This document shows positions 19,170 through 29,777 of a stretch of DNA of 64,000 nucleotides, piece by piece (the stretch's first letter is position 1; each line of letters opens with the position of its first letter). Source of the stretch: an uncultured Bacteroidales bacterium (lineage in GTDB: Bacteria; Bacteroidota; Bacteroidia; Bacteroidales; UBA7960); NCBI GenBank assembly GCA_964349365.1, contig CAYGFY010000015.1:5166-69165 (forward strand). The letters are read 5' to 3'. Made by a program: the position numbers and the translations under genes. The notes under the pieces are model-generated. The model was not told where the DNA came from. It searched no databases and was given only the letters and a program-made list of their open reading frames with translations.

Positions 19170-20096
19170 ATGAAAAAAGTACTTGTAGCAACCGATAAAC
19201 CCTTTGCGACTGTAGCCGTTGACGGAATCCGCAAGGTAGTTGAGCAGGCAGGATATGAACTTGCCTTGCTCGAAAAATACACCGAAGTTAGTCAACTCAA
19301 AGAAGCAGCTGCCACGGCAGATGCAATGATTATCAGGAGCGATATCGCCTCGCGCGAGATTATCGAGTCTGCGCCAAACCTTAAAATAGTTGTCAGGGCA
19401 GGAGCCGGATACGACAACATTGACTTGAAGGCTTGCACCGAAAAGGGCGTGGTGGCCATGAACACCCCTGGTCAAAACTCTAATGCCGTGGCAGAATTGG
19501 CTTTTGGTCTTATACTATATTGCATTCGCGGTACTTTTTCAGGTGCATCAGGCACTGAACTCCGTGGCAAGAAAATAGGAATTCACGCCTACGGAAATGT
19601 GGGCAGGTACGTAGCATTGGTAGCAAAGGGCTTTGGAATGACTGTTTTTGCCCATGACCCATTTGTTAAAAAGGAAGATATTGAAAAAGACGGAGTGTTT
19701 GCAATTGATACCGTAGAAGAACTCTACACCAAATGCCAGTACGTTTCATTGAACATCCCTGCCAACGACAAGACAAAGAAATCAATTAATTACGACCTGG
19801 TAAAACTACTCCCCAAAAACGGCATGCTCGTTAACACTGCCCGCAAGGAGGTTATTGACGAGGAAGATCTAATGAAGCTGATGGAAGAAAGGGCTGACAT
19901 CAGGTACGTTTCTGATGTTGCACCCGATAACAGGATCGCTTTCGAGGAAAAATTCCCCGGAAGGGTCGTGTTTACCGCCAAGAAAATGGGAGCCCAAACA
20001 GCCGAGGCAAACATAAATGCTGGTATTGCAGCCGCCAAACAAATTGTTGCTTTCTTCGAAAATGGCGACAAAACCTTTCAGGTAAACCAGGGGTGA
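19170..20096 (+). CDS. serA: D-3-phosphoglycerate dehydrogenase (short form, D-2-hydroxyacid dehydrogenase family)
   Basis: NAD motif GIHAYGNVGRYVA; the gene follows serC. 308 aa. Confidence 0.75.
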   Translation: MKKVLVATDKPFATVAVDGIRKVVEQAGYELALLEKYTEVSQLKEAAATADAMIIRSDIASREIIESAPNLKIVVRAGAGYDNIDLKACTEKGVVAMNTPGQNSNAVAELAFGLILYCIRGTFSGASGTELRGKKIGIHAYGNVGRYVALVAKGFGMTVFAHDPFVKKEDIEKDGVFAIDTVEELYTKCQYVSLNIPANDKTKKSINYDLVKLLPKNGMLVNTARKEVIDEEDLMKLMEERADIRYVSDVAPDNRIAFEEKFPGRVVFTAKKMGAQTAEANINAGIAAAKQIVAFFENGDKTFQVNQG

Positions 20097-20106
20097 TGTG
20101 CTGATG

Positions 20107-20209
20107 AAAAAACGAGTTGATAACGAGATGATGGGTTGATTAACAGTATCGAATTAACAATTACGTGTCAATTATCACCAATCAACGATAACTAATAAAT
20201 TATCACCAG
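20107..20209. repeat. Intergenic word-repeat mosaic (inverted copy)
   Basis: Contains TATCACCAATCAACG (reverse complement CGTTGATTGGTGATA), ATTATCACC twice, GTTGATTAAC and CGAATTAAC. The vocabulary is the same as at 44722-44962. Confidence 0.6.
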
Positions 20210-20213
20210 AAAA

Positions 20214-21464
20214 ATGGCAATTTTCAAACCTTTCAAGGGGTTGAGGCCCCCGAAGGAAATCGTAAAAAATGTTTCGTGCCTTCCGTACGATGTCATGAAC
20301 AGCGCCGAGGCGGCAAAAATGGCAGAGGGTAAACCAGAATCACTACTTTATGTTACCCGTGCCGAAATTGCCTGCCCTCCCGGAACCGACATTCACAGTG
20401 AAACGGTTTATAACAAGGCAGTTGAGAACTTCAATAAAATGCAAGAAACGGGGTGGCTTAAGCCCGATGCAGAGCCCAAGTTTTACATTTACGCTCAAAC
20501 AATGGACGGCAGCACTCAATACGGTATTGTTGGTTGCGCTTTTTGCGAGGATTATTTCAACGAAATAATTAAAAAGCACGAACTTACCCGTCCAGATAAA
20601 GAAGAAGATCGAATGATTCTTACCAGGTACACCAATGCCAACATCGAGCCAGTTTTCTTTTCGTACAGGGCCGTGCAAGAAATAGACCAGATTGTAAACG
20701 ATATTACCAAAAACCAAAACCCCGTTTACGATTTCGTGGCCGACGATGGCTTCGGACACCATTTCTGGACAATTGACGATCGCGACACAAACAAGCGGAT
20801 TGAAGAGGTTTTCGCAACCCAGGTTAATTACCTTTACGTTGCCGATGGCCACCATCGCACTGCTGCTGCAAGCCGAATTGGCCGCGAAAGGGCAGCACAA
20901 AATCCAAACCACCACGGTAACGAAGAATACAACTTCTTCATGGCTGTAAACTTTCCCGACAACCAATTGAAGATTATGGATTACAACAGGTTAGTTAAAG
21001 ACCTCAACGGACTTTCCAATGAAGAGTTTCTTGCCAAGCTGGGTAAATACATGGTGATAAACGATGTTGGCGACCAGGAGTTTAAGCCCACGATGTTGCA
21101 TGAGTTTGGCATGTACCTCGATGGCAGGTGGTATCAACTTTTTGCCCGCCAAGGCACCTACAACGATAACGACCCACTGGAAGTCCTCGATGTGAACGTC
21201 CTTTCGAAATACGTGCTTCACGAAATCCTGGGCATTGAAAACCTTCGTACTAGCAAGCGCATTGATTTTGTTGGCGGCATCAGGGGCCTTGCCGAGCTTA
21301 AGAAAAGGGTTGATAGCGGCGAAATGAAGGTTGCATTTGCACTCTACCCGGTTAGTATGAAGCAATTGTTAGATATTGCAGATACCGGAAACATAATGCC
21401 TCCCAAAACAACCTGGTTCGAACCAAAATTGAGAAGTGGATTGGTGATTCATACCTTGGATTAG
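20214..21464 (+). CDS. DUF1015 family protein
   Basis: [13 protein letters not shown]...LPYDV N-terminus and a DGHHR motif. 416 aa. Confidence 0.7.
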   Translation: MAIFKPFKGLRPPKEIVKNVSCLPYDVMNSAEAAKMAEGKPESLLYVTRAEIACPPGTDIHSETVYNKAVENFNKMQETGWLKPDAEPKFYIYAQTMDGSTQYGIVGCAFCEDYFNEIIKKHELTRPDKEEDRMILTRYTNANIEPVFFSYRAVQEIDQIVNDITKNQNPVYDFVADDGFGHHFWTIDDRDTNKRIEEVFATQVNYLYVADGHHRTAAASRIGRERAAQNPNHHGNEEYNFFMAVNFPDNQLKIMDYNRLVKDLNGLSNEEFLAKLGKYMVINDVGDQEFKPTMLHEFGMYLDGRWYQLFARQGTYNDNDPLEVLDVNVLSKYVLHEILGIENLRTSKRIDFVGGIRGLAELKKRVDSGEMKVAFALYPVSMKQLLDIADTGNIMPPKTTWFEPKLRSGLVIHTLD

Positions 21465-21540
21465 GGTTTCGTGCTGATCAATTATTGAACAGCCTCAAAA
21501 ATTCTTTTCTATTTGTTAGTAATTTTGAAAGATATTTTAC

Positions 21541-21548
21541 TACCTTTG
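21541..21548 (+). promoter_or_regulatory. -7 promoter box TACCTTTG
   Basis: The box matches TAnnTTTG and lies 36 nt upstream of the rpmE2 ATG. The octamer is identical to the one in front of tRNA-Pro. Confidence 0.45.
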
Positions 21549-21583
21549 CAGTCCCGAAAAAAAAACAGGAAAATTTTTATATC

Positions 21584-21841
21584 ATGAAGAAAGATATCCA
21601 TCCAAAAAATTATCGCTTTGTAGTTTTCAAGGACATGTCAAACGAGTACACCTTCTTGGGCCGCTCTACTGCCAATTCAAAAGAAACAGTAGTTTGGGAA
21701 GATGGAAAGGAATACCCGGTAATCAAGCTTGATATTTCGCACACATCACACCCATTTTACACCGGTAAGCAGCAGCTTGTCGACACGGCTGGTCGCGTTG
21801 ACAAGTTCCGCACGAAATACCAAAAGCATCTCAAAAATTAA
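21584..21841 (+). CDS. rpmE2: 50S ribosomal protein L31, type B (no CxxC zinc ribbon)
   Basis: [17 protein letters not shown]...HPFYTGKQ. The ORF-track start at 21485 is rejected in favour of ATG 21584. Confidence 0.9.
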   Translation: MKKDIHPKNYRFVVFKDMSNEYTFLGRSTANSKETVVWEDGKEYPVIKLDISHTSHPFYTGKQQLVDTAGRVDKFRTKYQKHLKN

Positions 21842-21864
21842 GAAAAATTGTTTTTGGAGACAAT

Positions 21865-21910
21865 AAAACTACGAGGGAGTCAATTTTGAATCCCTCGTAG
21901 TTTTGCTTTA
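21865..21910 (+). terminator. Rho-independent terminator
   Basis: A 14-bp stem pairs AAAACTACGAGGGA (21865-21878) with TCCCTCGTAGTTTT (21891-21904), followed by GCTTT. Confidence 0.75.
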
Positions 21911-22028
21911 TAATAAATCATCGGGAATTTCGTGTTTCATTTTTTTTGTTTCCGAACAACTTTCCTGCATTGTTGTTTTATTTGTTTTTCTTACCTTCGT
22001 GAATTAATAACCATTACGCCCCAAATAG

Positions 22029-23213
22029 ATGAATTACATACTTTTTGGCGACCAAACTCGCAATCATTTGCTGCCCTTTACCTTCATTCGTCCAATGGGC
22101 GACCTTAGAATTGGTATCCTGACAATAAGGGAAAAATGGGAGAGGTACCTGGGTAAGAAAACTTCGAGCCTTACCGAAGAGTACTTGTCAACCAAGTACC
22201 CTTTGATCAAGGAAGCCGACAACGTATTGATAAATGCTGCTGTTTTCCCGAACAAGGAAGTTGTAGAGGCAATAGGAAAGCTTGGCAACAACGAAACCTT
22301 GTCACAAGGCGATGTATTGATAGCTTATAGATTGAGCGACAAAGATTTAGATAGTATTGATGACGAAAGTTTCGAGGCAAGGGAAAATCACGAATTCTCG
22401 GGAAAGATTGAAAAACTATCGTACCTGCACGATTTCCTGCTGCTAAATATTGATGCCATTGTAAACGATTACAGGTTGATCACCGCCAACAGAAAAAGTG
22501 GCTCAACAGGCCCATTGGCAAGGGTGGTTTGCCCCGAAAATGTTTTCGTTGAAGATGGGGCCAAAATAGAAATGGCAATTATCAATGCCACTGAAGGCCC
22601 TGTTTACATTGGCAAAAACGCTCATGTAATGGATGGAGCAATAATTCGCGGACCTGTTTCCATAGGCGAGGGAACCAAGGTGCGCATGGGAGCACTGCTT
22701 TATCCGGGATCGGCTATTGGGCCCTATTGCAAGATTGGTGGCGAAATATCCAATACCATTGTATTCGGATATTCGAACAAGGCTCACGATGGCTACATAG
22801 GAGATAGCGTAATTGGCGAATGGTGTAATATTGGTGCAGGGAGTAACTTTTCGAATCTAAAAAATAATTACTCGCAGGTAAGAGTTTGGAATTACGCCGA
22901 AGAGACTTTCGTACCCACCGATTTGAGATTTTGCGGGGCCTTCGTGGGCGACCATACCAAGTGCGGGATCAATACCATGCTCAATACTGGATCTGTAATC
23001 GGGGTAAACTCAATGATTTATGGGTCGGGCTTCATCCGGAATTTCATACCATCGTTCTCTTGGGGCAGCGCAGCCGGCATTACCATTTACAAATTCGAAA
23101 CTGCCCTCGAAACTGCAAGGATCGTAATGTCACGTCGTGGCAAAGAACTTACCGCCGATGATGAATCAATTCTGCGCTTCGTTTACAACCAATCTTTGAG
23201 GCACAAAAGATAG
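22029..23213 (+). CDS. GlmU-like putative sugar nucleotidyltransferase with left-handed beta-helix
   Basis: A nucleotidyltransferase-like N-terminal part is followed by hexapeptide repeats (IGKNAHVMDGAIIRGPVSIGEGTKVRMGALL..IGDSVIGEWCNIGAG). Confidence 0.6.
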   Translation: MNYILFGDQTRNHLLPFTFIRPMGDLRIGILTIREKWERYLGKKTSSLTEEYLSTKYPLIKEADNVLINAAVFPNKEVVEAIGKLGNNETLSQGDVLIAYRLSDKDLDSIDDESFEARENHEFSGKIEKLSYLHDFLLLNIDAIVNDYRLITANRKSGSTGPLARVVCPENVFVEDGAKIEMAIINATEGPVYIGKNAHVMDGAIIRGPVSIGEGTKVRMGALLYPGSAIGPYCKIGGEISNTIVFGYSNKAHDGYIGDSVIGEWCNIGAGSNFSNLKNNYSQVRVWNYAEETFVPTDLRFCGAFVGDHTKCGINTMLNTGSVIGVNSMIYGSGFIRNFIPSFSWGSAAGITIYKFETALETARIVMSRRGKELTADDESILRFVYNQSLRHKR

Positions 23214-23477
23214 TCTCGGCCTAAAAGCGCAATTGTTAAAATTTTTAATAGCGATTTCTTCGGTAAAAGGTGTCGCAGTAATTAACTCGTTTTTCATTTT
23301 TCGGTTATTGGCACGCCCGTTGTAAGGTAGGATGGTCTTGCTATGATTCCATGCGGCAATTTTTGTGAGGTTTTGCAAACAACCTTAAATCAACGTTTTG
23401 CAATATTTAGACTTTTCTAATTATTTATTGATGTGTGACTATTTTGCATTAAATACGACATTTTGTCCTGAAAACTT

Positions 23478-25931
23478 ATGGATGGTTTTTTAAAAAACAA
23501 GAATCTTCAATTTTCCGAAATACTTGATGCCGACAGCGAATTTATTCCCTTGCTAAGCGCCGAGGAAGAAGAATTAATTGCCGCGGAACAAATTCCGGAG
23601 GTTTTGCCCATACTTCCCTTAAAGAACACTGTTCTATTCCCTGGCGTGGTAATCCCAATTACCGTAAGCCGTGATAAATCAATACAACTTGTTCGCGATG
23701 TTTACAAGAAAAATAGGTTTGTTGGCGTGGTTTCACAAAGAAACGCCGATATTGAGGATCCATCTTTTGCTGACTTGCACAGAATAGGCACATTTGCCAC
23801 GATCATAAAGATTCTGCAAATGCCCGATGGTAGCACAACAGTCATTATTCAGGGCAAGAAACGATTGGAAATCAGTGAACTTGTTACTGACGAGCCCTAC
23901 TTCATGGCTAGGGTTACGGCATTCGATTCTCCAAACAAGGTCAAGGCCAACAAGCAATTCAATGCCTTGATTGCAACAATTAAAGATCTTGCAATCCAAA
24001 TTGTTAAACTATCGCCAAACGTACCCAGCGAGGCCGCTTTCGCCATAAACAACATTGAGGGCCCTGCTTTTTTGGTCAACTTCATTTCCTCTAACCTCAA
24101 CATTGACAACGAGCAAAAGCAAGTGTTGCTCGAAACCCTCGACCTGAATGTTAGGGCCAACATGGTTTTGGAGCACCTTACCCGTGAGTTGCAAATGGTA
24201 GAACTAAAGAACCAAATTCATTCAAGGGTTAAGGTCGACATTGACAAGCAGCAACGAGACTATTTCTTGAACCAGCAACTGAAAACAATTCAGGAAGAGC
24301 TCGGAGGCAATCCTTACGAGCAACAAATAGCTGAACTAAAGGAGCGGGCCAAGAAAAAAAAGTGGGGTAGGCAGATTCAGGATGTTTTTGATAAGGAAAT
24401 TGGTAAGCTGCAAAGGATAAATCCAGCGGCCATGGACTTCTCGGTGCAGCTTAACTACATAGAAACCCTGGTTGAGCTACCCTGGAATGAGTTTTCGAAA
24501 GATAGTTTTGACCTCAAGCGCGCCAAGAAGATCCTTGACCGTGACCACTATGGGCTCGAAAAAGTAAAGGATCGTATTTTGGAATACTTGGCAGTTTTGA
24601 AACTCAAGGGCAATATGAAATCTCCCATTTTGTGTTTCGTGGGCCCTCCTGGGGTTGGCAAAACATCGCTGGGCAAGTCAATTGCAAGCGCTGTTGGACG
24701 CCAGTATGTGAGAATGTCGCTTGGGGGACTTCGCGATGAAGCAGAAATACGCGGACATCGTAAAACCTACGTGGGTGCAATGCCAGGGAGAATAATTCAA
24801 AACATCAAAAAGGCCAAAACTAGCAATCCTGTTTTCGTTCTCGACGAAATTGACAAAATCGGGTTCCAAACATTCTCCGGCGACCCGTCTTCGGCAATGC
24901 TCGAAGTGCTTGACCCAGAGCAAAACGGCACTTTTCAGGACAACTATCTTGAGGTTGAGTATGATTTGTCAAACATAATGTTCATTGCAACGGCCAACAG
25001 CCTTGCCACAGTTCAACCTGCCCTGCGCGACCGCATGGAAATCATTCAATTGGGCGGCTATATTGTTGAAGAAAAAATCCAGATTGCCCGCAAGCACTTG
25101 GTACCCAAGCAACTTGTCGGGCACGGGGTTGAAAAAGGACAGGTTAAGTTTTCAAACCAGGTGCTCGAAAAAATCATAGACGATTATACCCGTGAATCAG
25201 GGGTGCGTACTCTTGAAAAAACCATTGCCAACTTGGTGCGTTCACGTGCACGCGATATCGTTTCAGGAAATAAGTTTATCCCGGAATTGAGCACTCAAGA
25301 CGTGGAAAAAATACTTGGAGCGCCAACTTACTCGCGAGATAACGGACAAGTAAGGGACATGGCGGGAGTTATGACCGGTCTGGCCTGGACTTGGGCTGGT
25401 GGCGAGGTTCTTTTTATAGAGGTAAGCATAAGCAGGGGCAAGGGACTACTAACCATGACCGGCAACCTTGGAGATGTAATGAAGGAGTCTGCCACCCTTG
25501 CCTTCGAGTACCTGAAATCTCATGCCATGGAACTAAAAATTGATTCAGCACTTTTTGAAAAGTACAACGTTCACCTGCACGTACCCGAAGGTGCTACACC
25601 CAAGGATGGCCCATCGGCAGGTATAACAATGTTTGCAGCACTTGCCTCGGCCTTCACGCAAAGAAGGGTTAAGCCAGGAGTGGCAATGACCGGTGAGATA
25701 ACCTTGCGCGGAAAAGTATTACCTGTTGGTGGTATCAAGGAAAAAATACTTGCCGCCAAGCGAAACGGAATAAAAAAAATTGTTCTTTCGGAGGAAAACA
25801 GGAAAGATGTGGCCGAAATAAACGAGATCTACCTTAAAGGATTAGAATTCATTTACATTAGGGAAATGATTGAAGTGGTAGACGAGACCATGGAAAACCA
25901 ACTTGTAAATAAACCCATGAGGTTTGAGTAA
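23478..25931 (+). CDS. lon: ATP-dependent Lon protease (endopeptidase La)
   Basis: Walker A GPPGVGKTS, catalytic serine PKDGPSAG and a LAN N-domain. 817 aa. Confidence 0.95.
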   Translation: MDGFLKNKNLQFSEILDADSEFIPLLSAEEEELIAAEQIPEVLPILPLKNTVLFPGVVIPITVSRDKSIQLVRDVYKKNRFVGVVSQRNADIEDPSFADLHRIGTFATIIKILQMPDGSTTVIIQGKKRLEISELVTDEPYFMARVTAFDSPNKVKANKQFNALIATIKDLAIQIVKLSPNVPSEAAFAINNIEGPAFLVNFISSNLNIDNEQKQVLLETLDLNVRANMVLEHLTRELQMVELKNQIHSRVKVDIDKQQRDYFLNQQLKTIQEELGGNPYEQQIAELKERAKKKKWGRQIQDVFDKEIGKLQRINPAAMDFSVQLNYIETLVELPWNEFSKDSFDLKRAKKILDRDHYGLEKVKDRILEYLAVLKLKGNMKSPILCFVGPPGVGKTSLGKSIASAVGRQYVRMSLGGLRDEAEIRGHRKTYVGAMPGRIIQNIKKAKTSNPVFVLDEIDKIGFQTFSGDPSSAMLEVLDPEQNGTFQDNYLEVEYDLSNIMFIATANSLATVQPALRDRMEIIQLGGYIVEEKIQIARKHLVPKQLVGHGVEKGQVKFSNQVLEKIIDDYTRESGVRTLEKTIANLVRSRARDIVSGNKFIPELSTQDVEKILGAPTYSRDNGQVRDMAGVMTGLAWTWAGGEVLFIEVSISRGKGLLTMTGNLGDVMKESATLAFEYLKSHAMELKIDSALFEKYNVHLHVPEGATPKDGPSAGITMFAALASAFTQRRVKPGVAMTGEITLRGKVLPVGGIKEKILAAKRNGIKKIVLSEENRKDVAEINEIYLKGLEFIYIREMIEVVDETMENQLVNKPMRFE

Positions 25932-25961
25932 CCGCACGGGAAATAATTCAAAATTCAGGTT

Positions 25962-26456
25962 CTAGCCTTTATGGCGGGTCTTTACAGATGGGGTTTCAGC
26001 AACACTCTCGATATATTTTGAAATTTTAACTTTTCTCCCTTTGGCCTCAGCCTTTATGTTGAAAAAAAATTCAACTTTTTGATGGGCAAAATCAAGAATA
26101 ATATCGTCTGATAAAAGGGTAGTTGACAACAAACTCCTTTCCTCCTCAGAAATGATTTCTGATTCGATGTATTGAGAATTATTCTTTTGAAGATAAGTGG
26201 CTACTTCATTAAACTTGTCTTTTAGATTGAAGCCAACCACCAAGGCTCCCCTTTTGAGGTATGAGTAAACCTCAACTTCCTTGTTTGGAAACAAAAAACC
26301 AATAAATGAATGAAACTCGCTGGTTGCCACCAAAATATTACCAAAGTAAACGTTGAAAATGTTGTAATAATCACAAACATCCTCAACAAAACCTTCAATT
26401 TTGTTTAAGTTTTCCTTATTAGTGACAACTTTTAATGAAAAGCTTGCATGTGACAT
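25962..26456 (-). CDS. Hypothetical protein
   Basis: 164 aa with no recognisable motif. It is the last co-directional ORF after the glycan operon, separated by a 114-bp gap. Confidence 0.4.
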   Translation of the reverse strand: MSHASFSLKVVTNKENLNKIEGFVEDVCDYYNIFNVYFGNILVATSEFHSFIGFLFPNKEVEVYSYLKRGALVVGFNLKDKFNEVATYLQKNNSQYIESEIISEEERSLLSTTLLSDDIILDFAHQKVEFFFNIKAEAKGRKVKISKYIESVAETPSVKTRHKG

Positions 26457-26570
26457 GTCGGCTTTGGATTAACTTTTAAATTGTTAAATTTGGAGCTGCA
26501 AAATTAATACTACAATTTTTGGAAAAAGAGGTTTGTAGAACAAGTTCTACAAATTGTTTACCAAATCACC

Positions 26571-27923
26571 TTACCCGAATTTTTTTTGATGCAGTGTTTT
26601 GTGTAAGGCACTTGATGCAGCCAATATTATTAGTGGTAGCAGGGGCAACATGAATCTCGATGCTCCCAAAGGCCCTGTTGCCGCAGCAACGAAAAGAACC
26701 GGAACCAAAATGGCAAGTTTTACAAGAAAACCATGTTTTCCGAAAAAGAACCAAATTATCATCAGAACAGTCAGCGACAATCTTATTGCAAAGGTAGCGA
26801 CCAACATTAAAACCATCCACAAGGGTTGTCTGAAAAAGTTTTGGATTGTATGACCAAGGCCTTCGCGGTTAAGTTGATGTAAATAGCCGCTGGATTTCTC
26901 GGCCTTGACTCCCAAAAAGTTGTAAAAATCGAAACGGCCAGGATCAACAAACCACCTTGCCGTACCTTTTGCGTGAAAAAATAGGTACTCGGGGAGGTTT
27001 TCCTTAATCTTGCTCACCGCTGTCCCTTTGAGAAAGGCTTGCCTTTCAGCATAATTTTCAATTTGATTGGCCTCCCGATAGGTCGATTTCAAAAACTCGT
27101 CGGCCTTTTGATCACCAAATTGGTTTTTTATGAAAAAATAAGTGTTGTACTGGACAAGATTTATGGTTTGAATGCTCGAAAAGTGAAACACTCCAGTACG
27201 CTTGTAGTTCCAGGAATTGTATCCTAAAATAAAAAATAATGGCAACAAACAGTAGATCAATGCTGCTTTAACCCTGTGTTTGTAGAAATAAAATGCGCCT
27301 ATAATTAATAAAATCAAAGCAAACGGATACATAACTGGCTTGGTCAGCATTGCCAGGATCAGGAAAATCGAAATCCAAAGGAAGTTTAAGGAATCTTTGG
27401 TTCTCAGAAAATTGAGAAATGAATTTACCATCAGCAATATCCACGTTTGCAAGATTATTTCGCTCATTAGCATATTGGCATAAATAACTTGCACCGGACT
27501 GAGCAACATGACCAGCAATGCAATCTTTACCGAAGTTTGACCAAGTTTTATGGCCAGAATGACAAGCAATAAAATATTGAAAATCGAAATAAAGTTTTGC
27601 AATAGAATCACTGCCACGTCGCTATTGAAAACAAAGTGCATCGCGCTTACAAATAGCGAATAGAGCGGGGGTCGCTTGGTGAAGAAGTCGGGGTTGATTG
27701 GTTTTGAAAGGTCACCACAATAAAAAATCCCCTCGTCGGCAATGTTTTCGGCCATGTAAAGGTACTCGATGGAGTCGTCCAAATAATAGCCTCCTTCAAT
27801 CGCCTTGAAGGTAAATCCAGACACATGAATCAAAAAAATCAAGACCGCCAAAATCCTTGTGCTTCGGTCTTTAAATAGGTGGCGCATTTTATTTTGAAGG
27901 TCCATTTTTGCTTGTCGTAGCAT
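26571..27923 (-). CDS. GT-C fold membrane glycosyltransferase (ArnT/PMT, GT39/GT83-like)
   Basis: Polytopic. The first-loop acidic motif YLDDSIEYLYMAENI and KRPPLYS are typical of polyprenyl-P-sugar-dependent GT-C enzymes. Confidence 0.65.
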   Translation of the reverse strand: MLRQAKMDLQNKMRHLFKDRSTRILAVLIFLIHVSGFTFKAIEGGYYLDDSIEYLYMAENIADEGIFYCGDLSKPINPDFFTKRPPLYSLFVSAMHFVFNSDVAVILLQNFISIFNILLLVILAIKLGQTSVKIALLVMLLSPVQVIYANMLMSEIILQTWILLMVNSFLNFLRTKDSLNFLWISIFLILAMLTKPVMYPFALILLIIGAFYFYKHRVKAALIYCLLPLFFILGYNSWNYKRTGVFHFSSIQTINLVQYNTYFFIKNQFGDQKADEFLKSTYREANQIENYAERQAFLKGTAVSKIKENLPEYLFFHAKGTARWFVDPGRFDFYNFLGVKAEKSSGYLHQLNREGLGHTIQNFFRQPLWMVLMLVATFAIRLSLTVLMIIWFFFGKHGFLVKLAILVPVLFVAAATGPLGASRFMLPLLPLIILAASSALHKTLHQKKFG

Positions 27924-27973
27924 TAGCGAGAAATTATTATTGTCAAATTTAAGGATTTTCTCATTGTTTGTTT

Positions 27974-28630
27974 CTACGAAATATCAACCTTATCTCTTTC
28001 CTTATACATGTGATAAACCGTAATGTCATCGGCTTTATTGGTTTCAATCAATTGATAACCCTTCGATTCATAGATTTCGTTGTTGGGTTTGTCGGCCGTA
28101 AAAAGGTTTATGCCGTTTTTCTCCGTTTGATTAAACAAAATCTCATCTAATCGGTTTAGGAGTAACTTGCCAATTCCCTTACCCTGAAAGTTTTCGTGAA
28201 CACCTAAAGCCTCAAGACTGTAATAGGGTTGCTTCAATTTGGTTTTTAACTTTAGTAATCGCGAGATATTTATTGCATTTCTAAACCTCATGCTTCTCAA
28301 AAGGGGAATGAAATAAAAAAGCACCTGCGGAAAATAGGCTTTAACCATTTTGAAAAAACCCATATCATTGCTTTTCATGATTGCTAAACCCACGATTTTA
28401 TCATCTTGTTTTGCAGCCAAAACAATTTGAGAGGTTTCAAGGTAAAGTTTCAGTTTTAGCTCACCAATGGCTTTGAAAATGTGGTTGTATTTTTCTTTTT
28501 TCTCGTTGTGAGCAAATCTCGTTATGCCTTCCTTGTTGAATGTGTTAACAATCAGCTCAGAAGTCTCCATAATATCTTCTTTCTTCAGGCTTGAAACTTT
28601 TATTTTGTTGGATTTCAAACTTGTGGTCAT
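27974..28630 (-). CDS. GNAT family N-acetyltransferase
   Basis: Acetyl-CoA binding motif HENFQGKGIGKLLLNRL. Confidence 0.7.
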   Translation of the reverse strand: MTTSLKSNKIKVSSLKKEDIMETSELIVNTFNKEGITRFAHNEKKEKYNHIFKAIGELKLKLYLETSQIVLAAKQDDKIVGLAIMKSNDMGFFKMVKAYFPQVLFYFIPLLRSMRFRNAINISRLLKLKTKLKQPYYSLEALGVHENFQGKGIGKLLLNRLDEILFNQTEKNGINLFTADKPNNEIYESKGYQLIETNKADDITVYHMYKERDKVDIS

Positions 28631-28654
28631 AAGTTTATCCTCCGGTTTATGTTG

Positions 28655-29734
28655 TTATAGTGTTTGTTTTATTGTATTAATCATGAATCTGGTTGCGGCA
28701 ATATGACCCTTTCCGTTTATCTGATTGGTGGTGCCACAAAAATACAAGTCAGATTTAGGATTATAAAACGCAAAAGAACCTGTTTGTCCCCAAAAACCAA
28801 CTATTTCACCCGGATGTTTAATCGGTGCGGCAATTCGTGGAATCCAAAGTTTTTCCAAGCCAATTCCAAACAAGAATAATCCCGGTGGGGGTAAAATAAA
28901 ATTCCACCTTTTTAACTCTTCAATCTTTTCTTTCGGGAAAAACCGTCCATTGAAGAATGCTTTTAAAAAAATCATTACCTCGTCAACTGTCGATACGATG
29001 CCTCCCTCGGCGCCAATTGAGGTCAAATAACGAGGCAACCACAGTTTTTTGGAACCATGGTAAAATGGTACTGGCGAATTGTCGTTCGGATCAGTATAGA
29101 TATAGGTGTTTTTGAAGTTCAGCTCTGAAAATATGTAATCTCTAAAAACATTGTCGATGGTTTTGCCCGTCATGTTTTCGAGAATTTTGCTAATTAGCTG
29201 ATAATTAGTGTCAGAGTATGATGCCCTCCATTTAGCACCGGGTTTGAAGTTTGGCTTCAATTGCTTTATAAGGTCAATTGTGTTTTCTAGAGCCCATTTT
29301 TCATCGTTGCCTTCAATCAAGGAATCGGCAACTGTTTTTCCATCTTTTTGCTTGTGAAAAAAATAATCTGGAAGACCCGAAGTGTTTGATATTAGGTGAA
29401 GTACGGTTATCTCGTCAGAGTAATCCTTTCCTTTGAGCACGTGCAATTCTTTGCAATAATGGTCGGGTAGATGTTTCGATATTCTATCGTTCAAAGATAA
29501 TTTGCCTTCTTCAATAAGTTTAAAAACCACGGCCGTTACATAGAGCTTGGTTACACTTGCAATGAAATACCAACTGTCAACCTGCATATTACCAGCGGCG
29601 CCCTTCCACGAAATGCTTCCCTCGGTATTCTCAACCTTAATTGCAGCACCAAAAATGTTTTTGTTGTCAACCATATTGGTTAGCAACTGGTATAGTTTAT
29701 CGGGGTTAATTGTTTTTGCCATATTTTTATTCAA
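28655..29734 (-). CDS. Beta-lactamase-fold serine hydrolase
   Basis: SxxK motif FIASVTKLYV, downstream YSDTNY (YxN-like). 359 aa. Confidence 0.7.
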   Translation of the reverse strand: MNKNMAKTINPDKLYQLLTNMVDNKNIFGAAIKVENTEGSISWKGAAGNMQVDSWYFIASVTKLYVTAVVFKLIEEGKLSLNDRISKHLPDHYCKELHVLKGKDYSDEITVLHLISNTSGLPDYFFHKQKDGKTVADSLIEGNDEKWALENTIDLIKQLKPNFKPGAKWRASYSDTNYQLISKILENMTGKTIDNVFRDYIFSELNFKNTYIYTDPNDNSPVPFYHGSKKLWLPRYLTSIGAEGGIVSTVDEVMIFLKAFFNGRFFPKEKIEELKRWNFILPPPGLFLFGIGLEKLWIPRIAAPIKHPGEIVGFWGQTGSFAFYNPKSDLYFCGTTNQINGKGHIAATRFMINTIKQTL

Positions 29735-29777
29735 TAATTCATCCCGGTGTTAATTTTTTTGCCTCCTTTTTCCCCGT

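Noticed and set aside
21485-21583. Upstream extension of the rpmE2 ORF, and the similar TTG/GTG extensions at 1545, 2261, 38221, 59887 and 61862
   Set aside because: The extensions add non-conserved residues ahead of canonical family N-termini, and some overlap promoters or upstream genes. Internal ATGs give the expected protein lengths.
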